A model generated the notes under the pieces. It did not search any database. It saw only the letters and a program-made list of their open reading frames with translations, and had not been told where the DNA came from. The position numbers were made by a program, and so were the translations under genes. 64,000 nucleotides of DNA from Candidatus Delongbacteria bacterium (lineage in GTDB: Bacteria; CAIWAD01): assembly GCA_963663545.1 (NCBI GenBank), contig OY760505.1, positions 320,001 to 384,000 of the forward strand. The letters run 5' to 3'. Numbering within the stretch: the stretch's first letter is position 1; each line of letters opens with the position of its first letter. Shown here piece by piece: positions 32,201-41,924 of the stretch.

Positions 32201-33132
32201 AAACCGCGAAGTTCCGTGCTGAGGCTCCAGGGGCCTTCGCCCTGCAGGTTCACTGTGAAGTAGCCGTCGGCATCGGTGCTGGTACCCACTCCGCCAACGG
32301 TGACGTAGGCGTAAGACAAGGGCTGTACCAGGGAGGGATCGGAGGGCTGCTCGAGCTCGCACTCCAGCATCATGCGGCCGGTCATCTCGACATGGCGTAC
32401 GCGGTTGTAGCTCATCAGCAGTCGGGCGTCATTGGCGGAAAGCCAGACCTCGTAGATTTCCTCCGGGGAGTCCAGACGGACCGTTGCGTGACGGACGGGC
32501 TCAAAGGTCCATCCGCTCTTCAGATAGCGTGGCAGCAGCTGCAGCTCCTCGTCCAGCTCCACCGAGCTTATGGCAAGGGCCTCGCTCGGCAGCTCGTAGC
32601 AGGCGCGCTCCAACTGTGCCGCAGAAAGGCGCGTGGCGTTCAGCGAGTAGTCGACGGGCAGATCGCTACCCATCAAGAGCAGGTGGCCCTCTTCGCTCAC
32701 GCGGAAGTTGACTTCGGCCTGTTGCAGCGCCATGCCGTCCACCACCAGCTGGTAGTCGGCGTACCACACCTGTCCGTGCAAGGTCAGCTGACGCGCCCGC
32801 AGTTTGCCCACCTGATGACTCTGGCAGAGCAGATCCGCGTGCTTGCTCATAAATGAGCGCAGGCGCGAATCCAGGTCCTCCGCCGATTTCACATGGCCGC
32901 CCTCAAGCGGCGACTGGCTCATCAGAACGCGGTGCGGGTAGGGGTGGTAACGGTCCCAGTCCATGATGCGCGTGCCAGGGTGAGTGCCAAGGTAGGCCTC
33001 CCAGGAAGCGCTGACCCCCATGTGATCCGCCTGCAGCGGGTGAAGCGGTTGTTCGGGGAAAACGACCGGCAACTGCGCCAAGGCGGAGACACTGAGAGCC
33101 AAAATCAGAACAGAGTGATGTAGGAATCGCAT
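29218..33132 (-). CDS. Secreted thermolysin/fungalysin-like (M4/M36) metalloprotease with accessory domains and T9SS-type CTD
   Basis: Signal peptide, FTP/PepSY-like propeptide, CNAYWDG, HEYGH, HEGLAD, YPNPFNP...RLLLLK. Confidence 0.8.
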   Translation of the reverse strand: MRFLHHSVLILALSVSALAQLPVVFPEQPLHPLQADHMGVSASWEAYLGTHPGTRIMDWDRYHPYPHRVLMSQSPLEGGHVKSAEDLDSRLRSFMSKHADLLCQSHQVGKLRARQLTLHGQVWYADYQLVVDGMALQQAEVNFRVSEEGHLLLMGSDLPVDYSLNATRLSAAQLERACYELPSEALAISSVELDEELQLLPRYLKSGWTFEPVRHATVRLDSPEEIYEVWLSANDARLLMSYNRVRHVEMTGRMMLECELEQPSDPSLVQPLSYAYVTVGGVGTSTDADGYFTVNLQGEGPWSLSTELRGFYADANRTDGADADFTSQLSADGQVFTLTEDDAHIAELDGYASTNRVHKYIKDMDSSFTLLDSSLPVNVNINATCNAYWDGSSINFYREGGGCPNTAQLAGVLYHEYGHGINDRVYQQAGVGGMANASLHEGLADATAVLQMDVDYVAPGWALRDLSNTLHYPEDMQGESHADGRFMGGAIWDARLLTGDIDLISNLVHFARWGTADDVDLGRCYFDYFLEVLVVDDDDGDLGNLTPHFAQLNEAFNNHGIGTDLAWIGAELYVEDDVPFFQMPMEDLPLHVQLSLPTILQPEGIQLVWWTSDADTQYTPCVQLEDGWEGVLPGQALGTMVSLYLDVLNSLDQVLRLPADAPESVYRVTYGYADGLLLDFEDEDGAAEGDGVWAWGEPQSGPWGAHSGDRVWATNLSGHYEDFSLHQLIFPSQVVESDQRAIIHFHHWYAIEEGWDGANCQISINEGPWQNITPVDGYDFTTPESNIWSYVPAFNGYSDGWVRDVLDLTELVEPGDEVALCFNLFSDGEVTAPGWYIDDLQYLGFASPASIQHEPLCDSEDLTQTSFEIYATLSTAIPVDSFLLRYRVDGGETQDVEMLPDSTQLLYHAAIPGPFNDQSIDYRLEVSNTVGFFSSLPAGEDWFSFRVGADTTPPVTVFVEAPHDLIGHTGRFDIQAEAYDNLGVNQVWLERSSNGSEWEFVADLQCDEEAGVWTYELALDEATEDELFFRLGADDQAQIPNAGHSDTVQISLGQYQFIDNFPEYQTEFWSLQGGWTAQDMRVHEGEWALGTSDTGFYSANDNSTAELDYDFCLVGAPDDVCLELWECWFLEQDDDFVFVEVSTDQGSSWNTVATRTGGSTWHNNQISLGEFVGEETLRIRFRLFSDFDTNGLNVGYYVDELSLVDGALDVAAPLATPEAFRLGTPYPNPFNPVCHLSLSLPQQSQVHARLYNLRGELVHEILRGTLAAGDHDLEVDGAMLASGVYLLSVQVGGEMRVQRLLLLK

Positions 33133-33277
33133 ACTCCCTCACAAGTCGTTGGTGGCTTGTTGGCACTTGTGTTGAGGATCTGACACCGATTCTTCAGCAA
33201 GTGTGAGGCAAGCCTATGAATATCAAGCACACCCGCGCAAATCGGCTCGATGTGCGGCGGGAGGTGCAGGTGTATTG

Positions 33278-33293
33278 AGCAAATTGTAGGCCA
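33278..33293 (-). promoter_or_regulatory. Sigma-54 promoter candidate for the M4/M36 protease
   Basis: TGGCCTACAATTTGCT, ~145 nt upstream of the ATG. Confidence 0.5.
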
Positions 33294-33332
33294 ATGCAGC
33301 TGGTGCTGCGCTCGTGCTGGGTATCGCGGGAA

Positions 33333-33980
33333 TCAGCCGCGCAGGACGTCAACAAATTCCGCAAGCAGCGACTCATTCAGGTGCCCGTCCAGGCGCAGAC
33401 CCGAACAGACATCGACTCCGAAGGGATGCACTCCGCGCAGCGCGTCCGCCAAGTTGCCGGGGTTCAAGCCGCCAGCCAGATAGACGGGCAGGGGAACACG
33501 ATTCACAATCTCGGCACTCAGCGACCAATCGTGGGTCTTGCCGGTGCCTCCAAGCGTTGGCGTGGACGCTAGTGGATTTCCGGAATCCAGCAACAGCGCG
33601 TCCACCTTCTCCTGCAGCCGTAGTGCCTCGGTCACCGCATCGGGACCGCAAACGTGGACCACCTGCACAATGCGCAGCGTAGGATGGGACTCGCGCAATG
33701 CCGCGTACACTCGGTCTTCAACGCGGTCCACCAGTTGTATCACCGAACAACGACAGCGCCTAACCTGCTCCACAACTTCGATGGGCCGGGTTTCGGAACT
33801 CAGAAGAAAGCTATCCACCCCGGGAGGCACCAGCGGCGCAAGACGGGCGATTTCGGACTCCGTCAAGCAGCCCGGTCCACTGGGCATCGGCCCGACCAAT
33901 CCTATGGCGTCAGCGCCATAGGCGACGGCCAGCTCCAACTCGGCGGGCGATGTGATACAACAGACTTTCAGCCGTGTCAC
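33333..33980 (-). CDS. trpF: Phosphoribosylanthranilate isomerase
   Basis: LKVCCITS, GADAIG, LLLDS..GGTGKTHDW, LAGGLNPGN, GVDVCSG. Confidence 0.9.
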   Translation of the reverse strand: MTRLKVCCITSPAELELAVAYGADAIGLVGPMPSGPGCLTESEIARLAPLVPPGVDSFLLSSETRPIEVVEQVRRCRCSVIQLVDRVEDRVYAALRESHPTLRIVQVVHVCGPDAVTEALRLQEKVDALLLDSGNPLASTPTLGGTGKTHDWSLSAEIVNRVPLPVYLAGGLNPGNLADALRGVHPFGVDVCSGLRLDGHLNESLLAEFVDVLRG

Positions 33981-34022
33981 ACTGAATTCCTTAACGAAAA
34001 GCTGTCGGAGCAGAAAAGGCGC

Positions 34023-34637
34023 CTACTCCTCTACGCGGCTACGCACGATCCAGGCGTCGCGATAGCCCAAACGCAGCGCCTGGCGGCGCAGAACGTCAGC
34101 GTCATCGCGACGGGCAAACATGCCCACGCGCACTTTATAATTGGGCGCATCCCAGACCACATTCACGGACTCACCGGGAAACAGGTACAGCGCCTGCTCA
34201 CGGTACTCGTCCGCCTGGCTTTTGCTGGTGGAAGCGAAGAGCTGCACCTGGAAGCCTTCGCGGAGCTGCGGCGCGGCGGGGGCGGCTTCCTGTTCGGCCA
34301 CTTCGGCGGCTACCTGCTCGGGGTTCTCCACCAGATCAGCTTCAACCTCCTGTGCAGGAGCGGGCGGGCCAGTGGCATCAGGCAGCGGCAGCGGTGGCGC
34401 CAAGGGCTGCATTTCTTCGATGACCGGCACCTCGCGAGGACGAAACACCAGCTCGGCGTCGGGCAGCAGGAAGGGATCCAGGCTCTCCTCCTGTGTCACG
34501 GTTCCGGCGGGACTCAGGACCAGGCTGTCGGCAGACTGGTCGACGGGCAACTCGGGTTTGTCGGGACGGACCGCCGGAGTCATGCAGGCGGCCAGAAGCA
34601 TCAGCGTAGGCAGCAAGGCGTAAGCAATTTTCCTCAT
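34023..34637 (-). CDS. SPOR-domain lipoprotein
   Basis: MRKIAYALL..LLAAC lipobox; C-terminal GFQVQLFA...YKVRVG...GYRDAWIV. Confidence 0.8.
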   Translation of the reverse strand: MRKIAYALLPTLMLLAACMTPAVRPDKPELPVDQSADSLVLSPAGTVTQEESLDPFLLPDAELVFRPREVPVIEEMQPLAPPLPLPDATGPPAPAQEVEADLVENPEQVAAEVAEQEAAPAAPQLREGFQVQLFASTSKSQADEYREQALYLFPGESVNVVWDAPNYKVRVGMFARRDDADVLRRQALRLGYRDAWIVRSRVEE

Positions 34638-34668
34638 CCATCCCTCCTGTTCCGTCCGAGTAGCGGCG

Positions 34669-35451
34669 TCATCGCGTTTCGATGGCTTCCAGCGCCTCCA
34701 GCGAACACCAGCCCTCGCGACCGTCGGGCAAGCGCAGCTGCTGCCAGCCAGCACTCTCGCTGCGTCGTCCCAGGGCGACGACAGTGCCTTCGTGCAAATC
34801 AAACAGATTAGTGGCCCCTTCGCTGGGCGCGGCTTGCACCACTACCTTGTCCACCAGAATCACGCCGCGATTGCGTTGTCCGGCCAGATCGGCTCGCATA
34901 AGAAGAAAGCCAAGGGCCAGCAGCACCAGCGTGAGGCCAGAAGGTAGCAGAATCCGGTGGAAGCTGTTCAGTCGACCGCCGGGGAGCCAGGGTCTGCGCA
35001 CCAGCGCCAAAGAGGCAAAGGCAAGCCCCAGGCTGAAGATCCACCAGGGCAGATCACGGGGCAGCAGCAGAAAGAGGCGATCCAGCCAGTCCCAGAGCGG
35101 CAGGCGAACCGTGGGCGGCAGTTCGTCCACCAATCCCGTGCGGGCCAGCTCCAAATTAGCGCGGACTTCGCGATCGAGCGGAGCAATGAGCAGCGCGCGT
35201 TCCCAATGCAAAATAGCCTCGCCCAGCTCGCCACGCCGGTACCAGGCGTTGCCCAGATTAAACTCCAGCTCGACGGAGCTCAGCCCCTGATCTACAAGAC
35301 CTTGCCAGAGCTCGACCGCCTGCTCAAAGTCCCCATTGTTGTAGGCGACCGTAGCCTGCTCGAATATGGCGTGCGCGGCGTCCTGATTCACTTCAGCAGA
35401 AGCGCAAAGAGCGAGCGCGCACAGCAGGCAGAGAAAAACAAAGCGTCTCAT
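34669..35451 (-). CDS. batE: BatE-like TPR + SH3 protein
   Basis: FNLGNAWYR TPR, transmembrane helices, LHEGT...LPDGREGW SH3; last gene of the bat operon. Confidence 0.8.
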   Translation of the reverse strand: MRRFVFLCLLCALALCASAEVNQDAAHAIFEQATVAYNNGDFEQAVELWQGLVDQGLSSVELEFNLGNAWYRRGELGEAILHWERALLIAPLDREVRANLELARTGLVDELPPTVRLPLWDWLDRLFLLLPRDLPWWIFSLGLAFASLALVRRPWLPGGRLNSFHRILLPSGLTLVLLALGFLLMRADLAGQRNRGVILVDKVVVQAAPSEGATNLFDLHEGTVVALGRRSESAGWQQLRLPDGREGWCSLEALEAIETR

Positions 35452-37244
35452 CGTGCACCTCCCCGCGACGTGGACTCCTGTTCGAGGGCGTGGAAGGCCT
35501 CCTCCAGCATGGGCAGCAGTGCGGTCAATTCCTGCTGCAGCACTTCGGGCTGTCCACCGCCGTAGCGGATCAGCTCCAGCCTGCGCACCAGCTCGCGCAG
35601 CGCGCGGGTAGCACTCTCGCTCAGGCCGCGTGTCACCAGCTGTTCCACTTGTTCGCCCAGCACCAGCCCCGCAGCGGACAGATTCTGCTTGTCGGCCAGA
35701 TACTGCAGGAGAATAGCCTCCACCAGACCGGCCTGCGTGTCAGCTTCCTTGCCCGTCAGTTCCTTCATACGACGACGCGCCTGTGATAGGGCCAGACGCC
35801 GACGCTCGCCGGGCAGATTACGGCGCTTCTCCTGCAGACGCTGCGCCCAAAGGTGCGAGCCAAGCGGCGCAGCCAGCAGCATGAGAATCAGCAAGCGCCA
35901 CCACCAACGGGCACTCAGCGGCGTGCCAAGCTCTTCGAAGCGCTCCGGCGCGGCCAGCAGATGGCGGATGTCCTGACCATAACTGCGCACGCGCTCGGCG
36001 GCACCCACCACGAGCGCGCCTCCTGCGCTGGATTTGCCTGCGCTGACCTGAATGCTCCAGGGCCCCTGACTGAGCACCTTGTACTGGCCCTTGTCGGTAT
36101 CGTAATACACAAAACGAACGGCCTCGATGCGCTGCTCGCCAGCGGCGCGTGGTACCAGCAGAGTTTTGAATTTGCGCTGGCCGCGCATGCCCGTTTCGCC
36201 GGGGCGCAGGCTTTCTTCGGTCTGCGTGTCGTAACGCTCGAAATCGGGAGAAAGCACCAGCTCGGGCGCCTGCAACATGCCCACATTGCCGCGACCACTC
36301 AAGGTCACCGTCATGGTCAAAGCCTCGCCCGCGGCCAGACTGTTGCGATCAGGCTCGGCCTGCATGCGATACACGCCCACAGCTCCACTGAAGCCTGCGG
36401 GTGCGCCCGGGGGCAGGTCGCTCACCTTCAGCGTCACCACATCGCTGGCCAGATTCAGCCGCTCGTTGCGATCGAAGACCGGCGAATCAAACAACGAGCC
36501 AAAGGGATCCCGGCTGCGCCGCGCCTTCTGTGCTGGCACGGAAACCGTCGCCGTGGCGGGCTCCAGCGTCAGCTCTCCGGAGCGGGTCGGATACAGCAGG
36601 CAACGACCGATGACGGCGCTGTTCCAGGTCTGTCCGTCCAGATCGCGCTGCTCGATCTCGGGCTGTCTCACGGGTTCGAGCTCCTGCACCAGAAAACCGG
36701 GCAGGCGATCGATGCGCGGTGGCTCGTAGGAATTCACATTGCTGTTGAAGTAGAGGACCCAGTTCAGCACCAGCTCCTGGCCCACGACGGCCTCGGTATC
36801 GCTCAGCTCGGCGCGCAGAAAAATCTTGCGGCTGCCCGAACCCGCACTCTGTCCGGGAGCCGCCGCACGTATTTTCAGCGGTCGCGAACTCAGCGTAGTA
36901 CCGTCGTATTGCACACGCGCTGGCGAGACACTCACATCGCCCGCTTTCAGCGGCATCAGCACGTAGGTCCAGGTGCGCTCGTTGCTGGAGCGACCGTTGA
37001 TCAGATTGACCGAGGTCGAAATGCTGGGACCGGCCAGAACGCGAAAGCCCTCGAAATCCGGGGCAATGAGGTTTGTGTTACGCGGAATGCTCTTCTCGGA
37101 GCGCAGTGTCCAGCTCAGCTCCCAGGTGCCGCCGTTCTCCTGCGCCTGTCCCGTCAGCGAGGCGGCACACGCACCTATCGCCAGCGTCAGCAACAGCGCC
37201 CAGCACCAGAGTGTCCGTTGTATCACGGTGTGGCCGATCACCAA
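35448..37244 (-). CDS. batD: BatD-like protein
   Basis: GPSISTSVNLING, FSGAVG, GRGN motifs; operon context. Confidence 0.8.
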   Translation of the reverse strand: MVIGHTVIQRTLWCWALLLTLAIGACAASLTGQAQENGGTWELSWTLRSEKSIPRNTNLIAPDFEGFRVLAGPSISTSVNLINGRSSNERTWTYVLMPLKAGDVSVSPARVQYDGTTLSSRPLKIRAAAPGQSAGSGSRKIFLRAELSDTEAVVGQELVLNWVLYFNSNVNSYEPPRIDRLPGFLVQELEPVRQPEIEQRDLDGQTWNSAVIGRCLLYPTRSGELTLEPATATVSVPAQKARRSRDPFGSLFDSPVFDRNERLNLASDVVTLKVSDLPPGAPAGFSGAVGVYRMQAEPDRNSLAAGEALTMTVTLSGRGNVGMLQAPELVLSPDFERYDTQTEESLRPGETGMRGQRKFKTLLVPRAAGEQRIEAVRFVYYDTDKGQYKVLSQGPWSIQVSAGKSSAGGALVVGAAERVRSYGQDIRHLLAAPERFEELGTPLSARWWWRLLILMLLAAPLGSHLWAQRLQEKRRNLPGERRRLALSQARRRMKELTGKEADTQAGLVEAILLQYLADKQNLSAAGLVLGEQVEQLVTRGLSESATRALRELVRRLELIRYGGGQPEVLQQELTALLPMLEEAFHALEQESTSRGGAR

Positions 37245-39043
37245 TCCTTCTCCACTTTTCGCCTGGGGCCGGGAATGGCCTTCAGTTGCTCTTCCATCGT
37301 CTCCCGCTCCATCTCCTGCACTGCCTGCAGAATTTGCTGTACTTGCTCGGGACTCATGACCTGCGTGCTGTCAACCGGCTGGGGCTGGGGCTGCTCTTCC
37401 TGCTCCTGCTGCTCGCTCTGCTGCCCTTGCTGTTGTTGCTGGTCTTGCTTCTGTTGATCCTGTTGTTGCTGGTCCTGCTGTTGCTGATCTTGCTTCTGTT
37501 GGTCCTGGTCTTGCTGATCCTGCTGTTGATCTTGCTTTTGCTGATCCTGGTCCTGATCCTGCTGATCCCGATCAGGATCCCGCTCCTGGTCTTGCTGTTG
37601 CTGCATTTGCTGCAGCGCCAGTTCCAGATTGTGCTTGGCGTCAAACATGCGTGGATTGCGTTTGAGCGCTTCGACATAGGACTTCAGCGCTTGATCCGGC
37701 TGCTGTTGCGCCAGCTGCGCGTTGCCCAGATTGTACCAGGCGTCGGCGGCCAGGGAAGCGTCCTCGCGCGAAAGGGCAGCCTCCTGATCCAGCAAGTGCT
37801 GCAGGGTTTGCGCCGCTGCGGCTGCATCTCCGCTCTTCAATTGCGCATCGGCCAGATTGAAGCGCGCCACGGGGTCATCGCCTGCATCCAGCACACTCTG
37901 ATAAGAAAGCACAGCACTGCCGTAGTCGCCCTGATCGTAGGAGCTGTTGCCAGCCTTGATTTGGTCGACCGCCTCGCTGCTACGCGCAGCCTGTGATACA
38001 GCCGGAAACAGCACAACAAGCAGCAGTGCCGCTCCAAGTCCGCTACGTGATACCCGCTTCAGTGGTGGCAGCCAAAGACCCAGCGCCAACAACACCAACG
38101 CTGGCCAGAGGAACCAGGTATAGCGATGCTGCCAGCCGGAATACACACGACTGCCCAGCAACGCACGATCCATCTCGTCCAGACGGTCGCGAATGTCCAC
38201 CAGTTCGCCTCCTCCGGGTGTGGAGCGATAATAGGCGCCGTTGCCCATGCGTGCCAGCTCGATCAGCGCCTCTTCGTTCAGACGACTGAGTACGATGCTG
38301 CCGTCGCGGTCCTGTTTGTAGGCGCCGGTCCTGTCGGGGTCGGGTACAGGGGCGCCTTCGGGGGACGCCATGCCGACGGTGAAAACTCGTACGCCCTCGG
38401 CAACCGCCTTCTCCGCATCCGAGCGCCAATCGCCGACGAAGTCTTCGCCGTCGGACATGATGACAATCACGCGCTCGTGGTCAGCGCCCTCGGCAAAGGA
38501 ATTCATGGCCAGCCGAATGGGCGCTCCCAGATCGGTGCCGGGCACGGGAATCAGTCCGGGCTTCAGTAGATCCACCAGCATGCCCACCATGTTGTAGTCG
38601 GTGGTCAGCGGATTCTGCAAATAGGCGCTGCCAGCAAAGGGCAGAAGCGCAACGCGGTCGCCGTGTAGTTCGGCCAGCAGACGGCGGATGCTGTGACGCG
38701 CGCGCGCCATGCGGTCGGGGGCGAGGTCCTGCGCCGCCATGGACTGACTGACGTCCACTGCGAGAATCACATCCACGCCCTTGCGCTCGACTTCCATCAG
38801 CTTCGTACCCACTTGCGGGCCAGCAGCGGCCACAATCAGCAGCGCTAGCGCCAACAACTGCAACAGCAGACGCAGACGCTGTCTGCTGGTGGACCAGCCG
38901 GGCAGCATGGCCTGCAGTGTATCACGGCACCCCTGGGCGTTGAGCTTGCGTTTCAGCCCGCCCGCACGCCGCCAGCCCAGCACCAGCAGTACCGGCAGCA
39001 GCCAACCCAGATGCAGCAGCCAGGGATAGGCAAAACGTATCAT
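37238..39043 (-). CDS. batB: BatB-BatC fusion (vWA + TPR + Q/D-rich linker)
   Basis: DVSQSM MIDAS, PLTTDY, SDGED, then TPRs and a VEKDW end; ATGA overlap with batA. Confidence 0.8.
   Translation of the reverse strand: MIRFAYPWLLHLGWLLPVLLVLGWRRAGGLKRKLNAQGCRDTLQAMLPGWSTSRQRLRLLLQLLALALLIVAAAGPQVGTKLMEVERKGVDVILAVDVSQSMAAQDLAPDRMARARHSIRRLLAELHGDRVALLPFAGSAYLQNPLTTDYNMVGMLVDLLKPGLIPVPGTDLGAPIRLAMNSFAEGADHERVIVIMSDGEDFVGDWRSDAEKAVAEGVRVFTVGMASPEGAPVPDPDRTGAYKQDRDGSIVLSRLNEEALIELARMGNGAYYRSTPGGGELVDIRDRLDEMDRALLGSRVYSGWQHRYTWFLWPALVLLALGLWLPPLKRVSRSGLGAALLLVVLFPAVSQAARSSEAVDQIKAGNSSYDQGDYGSAVLSYQSVLDAGDDPVARFNLADAQLKSGDAAAAAQTLQHLLDQEAALSREDASLAADAWYNLGNAQLAQQQPDQALKSYVEALKRNPRMFDAKHNLELALQQMQQQQDQERDPDRDQQDQDQDQQKQDQQQDQQDQDQQKQDQQQQDQQQQDQQKQDQQQQQGQQSEQQEQEEQPQPQPVDSTQVMSPEQVQQILQAVQEMERETMEEQLKAIPGPRRKVEKDW
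37405..37612 (-). repeat. Low-complexity Gln/Asp codon repeat within the BatC moiety
   Basis: QQDQDQDQQKQDQQQ... tract. Confidence 0.8.
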
Positions 39044-40023
39044 AGGACCTGCCTCCTCATCAGCAGGGACAGCATCATGGCACAAGCCAGAAGCAGCACG
39101 GCGGCCTGCAGCCAGGGCGCGAAGCGCTCCTCCACCAACCGGTATTCGGTGACTTCAATCTCGCTGCGTTCGAGCTTGTCGATCTGTTCGTAGACGGCCT
39201 TCAGCTCCGAAAGGTCGTGAGCACGGAAATAGCGGCCACCGGTTTTGGTGGCGATCTCGCGCAGCAGCTCCTCGTCGATGTGCGCCTCAATATTCTGCAA
39301 GCGCGTTCCAAAGGGCGTCTGCACGGGAATGGGCGCCATGCCATCGCGGCCCACGCCGATGGTGTGCACGGTAATGCCTTCGGTAATGGCCAGATCCAGC
39401 GCGGTGCGCGGATCGATGCCGCGATTGTTCTCGCCATCGGTGAGCAGAATCAGCACGCGACTCTTGGCATCGCTTTCACGCAAACGGTTGACGCCCGTTG
39501 CCAGCGCCAGACCGACGGCGGTGCCGTCCTCCATCTCGCCGATTTCTACCTGATCGAGCTGGGAGAGCAGCAGGTCGTGATCCAGCGTCAAGGGGCACTT
39601 GGTGTAGGCTTCGCCCGCGAACACCACCAGCCCCAGCCGGTCCTGCCCGCGACCGCGAATGAAATCGGCGGCCACCGCACGGGCGGCATCAAGTCGATTG
39701 GGCTTCAGATCCTGCGCCTGCATGGAACCAGAAAGATCCAGCGCCAGCACGATGTCGATGCCCTCGCTGTGAACTTCTTGCTCGCTCTGCACGGCAATCG
39801 GCCTGGCCAGCGCGACCACGGCAGCGGCCACGGCAAGGGCCAGCAGCACAGGCGAAAGCCACAGTTTCAGCAGACTCTTGTAAGACAAGCGCACGATGGA
39901 CAACTCTTCGCGCGAGGAAGTCAGCAGGGACGGTCGACGCACTCGTTCGCGCCCCAGATGCCAGACGGCGGCTAGCGGAATCAGGAGCAGCAATAGCAGC
40001 AGCCAGGGATGCATGAAGGTCAT
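39040..40023 (-). CDS. batA: BatA vWA-domain protein
   Basis: DLSGSM, DRLGLVVFAG, PLTLD, GTAVG, LLTDGENN. Confidence 0.9.
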   Translation of the reverse strand: MTFMHPWLLLLLLLIPLAAVWHLGRERVRRPSLLTSSREELSIVRLSYKSLLKLWLSPVLLALAVAAAVVALARPIAVQSEQEVHSEGIDIVLALDLSGSMQAQDLKPNRLDAARAVAADFIRGRGQDRLGLVVFAGEAYTKCPLTLDHDLLLSQLDQVEIGEMEDGTAVGLALATGVNRLRESDAKSRVLILLTDGENNRGIDPRTALDLAITEGITVHTIGVGRDGMAPIPVQTPFGTRLQNIEAHIDEELLREIATKTGGRYFRAHDLSELKAVYEQIDKLERSEIEVTEYRLVEERFAPWLQAAVLLLACAMMLSLLMRRQVL

Positions 40024-41042
40024 GGGCGCACCTCCCCGGGTTGTGATTCAGCCCTTGTCTCATCATCAGCTGTGTCACGCTCCTGCTCCGCGAGTTCGCG
40101 GGAGTGATACAGCGCCATCAGACCCGGCTTGACGCTTTCGGCCCAGCGTGCGTAGTCGTCGGCAAGGTGACGGTTACGCTCGTCCGTGGGCCACTGGCGC
40201 GCGTACTTCACCAGATCGTTCTCGCGCAGCAGCTCCAGCAGCCGGCGGCGATCCGCCTCACCAAAGGGCGCGTGATCCAGCAGCTCCTCGATTTCGTAGG
40301 TGGTCATTTCACGTGCCGGACGTCGCATGCTGTCTTCCAGCAGACCACGCACGGCCAGGCTAAGTTGCGCCCAGTACTCGACCACGTCGCCGCTGCGCCA
40401 GAGTTCCTCAAAACGGATGCGGGTCATCGCGGCGCTGAAGATCTCCCAGGGATCGCGCTGCGGTTCCGGCTCTACCCGTACGCCAGCGAGGGCTCGCGGT
40501 CGAGTCCACCAACGCCAGCCCAGCCAGCATAGTAGCAGAACAGCCAGCAGCACAATGGCACGTATCACAAACCACAGCGGGCCGTGATGCACATTGAGCG
40601 GCGGCACGATGTCGCGCGGCAATGGCGCCTGCTGCGGCTCTCCGGCGTTCTCTAGCGGAACGCCACGGGGCAGGACGCTGAGCACTTCCAGACGCAGGCT
40701 GTCACTAACCAGCTCGCCCGAGTCACCTCCGCGCGTCCATGTGACACCTTGCGGCGGAAGTGTCACTGTGCCGATTTCGTAGGCGGCCAGGGTCAGAATG
40801 CGACGCTCGCCGCCTCCCTCAATCGCGACCAGGGTATCGGCCAGCAGGCCGCACGAGCCGAGGCGCAGCTTTTCGACGGCGGGCCAGTTGAGCTCACCGC
40901 CTTCGCCTGCGCTGGCGTCCATCCACAATTGAAAGGGATCGCCGACCGTGATGCTGTCGACGCCCACCAGGTTGTACTCCAAAGTGGCTCCGCGAGCGAG
41001 CAGCAACGCCGGCCACAGCAGTAGTGTGATCCAGAGTCTCAT
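40020..41042 (-). CDS. Bat-operon-associated membrane protein
   Basis: Signal peptide MRLWITLLLW, one transmembrane helix, EMTTYE...DLVKYA motif; overlaps both neighbours. Confidence 0.7.
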   Translation of the reverse strand: MRLWITLLLWPALLLARGATLEYNLVGVDSITVGDPFQLWMDASAGEGGELNWPAVEKLRLGSCGLLADTLVAIEGGGERRILTLAAYEIGTVTLPPQGVTWTRGGDSGELVSDSLRLEVLSVLPRGVPLENAGEPQQAPLPRDIVPPLNVHHGPLWFVIRAIVLLAVLLLCWLGWRWWTRPRALAGVRVEPEPQRDPWEIFSAAMTRIRFEELWRSGDVVEYWAQLSLAVRGLLEDSMRRPAREMTTYEIEELLDHAPFGEADRRRLLELLRENDLVKYARQWPTDERNRHLADDYARWAESVKPGLMALYHSRELAEQERDTADDETRAESQPGEVRP

Positions 41043-41914
41043 CGGCGACGGCTCCTGTTGCGGAAGAAATGATTGAGTGGACGCGCGTAGTCTTCGCCTG
41101 CCACCAGCTCCACCTGGTCGATGCGCAGACGGCGCAGAGTGTGGGTGAGCTCTTCGCGGCGACGATGCGCGGCGCGTCGATAGGCGTCCCGTGTGCGAGG
41201 ACAGGCCGTGTCGACCCAACGGCGCTGGCCGCTTTCCAGATCCTGCACGCGCAGAAGACCGGCCTGGGGCAGTTCATCCTCCCAGGGGTCGCGCACGCTC
41301 ATGGCCACAAGATCGTGCTTTTGGCGCAGTGCGCGCAGAGCGGGCGTGTAGTCCGTATCACGAAAATCACTGAGCAGGAAGACAATGGCCTTCTTCTTCT
41401 GCACGCGCGCCAAGTGTTCCAGACCAGCCGTGATACGCGTCCCACGGCCCTCGGGCTGGAAATAGAGCAGGTCGCGGATCAGGCGTAACACATGACGATT
41501 GCCCTTGGCCGGTGGCACGTAGTGCTCGACGCGGTCGCTGAAGAGCAGCAGGCCCACACGATCACGATTACGAATGGCGCTGAAAGCCAGTACCGCGCCC
41601 AACTCGGCGATGAGTTCGCGCTTGCTCTGGCTCTGGCTGCCGAAGTAATCGCTGGCCGAAAGGTCCACCGCCAGGATCACCGTCAGTTCGCGCTCTTCGC
41701 GAAAAACCTTGATGAAGGGCTGGCCCATGCGGGCGCTGACATTCCAGTCGATGGAACGCACTTCGTCGCCGGGGTGATACTCGCGCACCTCGTCGAAGTC
41801 CATACCGTGGCCCTTGAACGCGCTGTGATACTCGCCGCCGAAAAGATTCTGCACGATGCTTCGCGTGCGGATCTCGATGCGCCGGATGCGCTTGAGCAAT
41901 TCTCGCGGAATCAT
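41039..41914 (-). CDS. DUF58 family (vWA-like) protein
   Basis: GMDFDEVREY.PGD..R.IDWNVSAR, EEREL, LSDF. Confidence 0.9.
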   Translation of the reverse strand: MIPRELLKRIRRIEIRTRSIVQNLFGGEYHSAFKGHGMDFDEVREYHPGDEVRSIDWNVSARMGQPFIKVFREERELTVILAVDLSASDYFGSQSQSKRELIAELGAVLAFSAIRNRDRVGLLLFSDRVEHYVPPAKGNRHVLRLIRDLLYFQPEGRGTRITAGLEHLARVQKKKAIVFLLSDFRDTDYTPALRALRQKHDLVAMSVRDPWEDELPQAGLLRVQDLESGQRRWVDTACPRTRDAYRRAAHRRREELTHTLRRLRIDQVELVAGEDYARPLNHFFRNRSRRR

Positions 41915-41924
41915 ACCGCGCCCC

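Noticed and set aside
37405-37612. Q/D-rich repeat as a novel element
   Set aside because: This low-complexity linker is typical of BatC proteins
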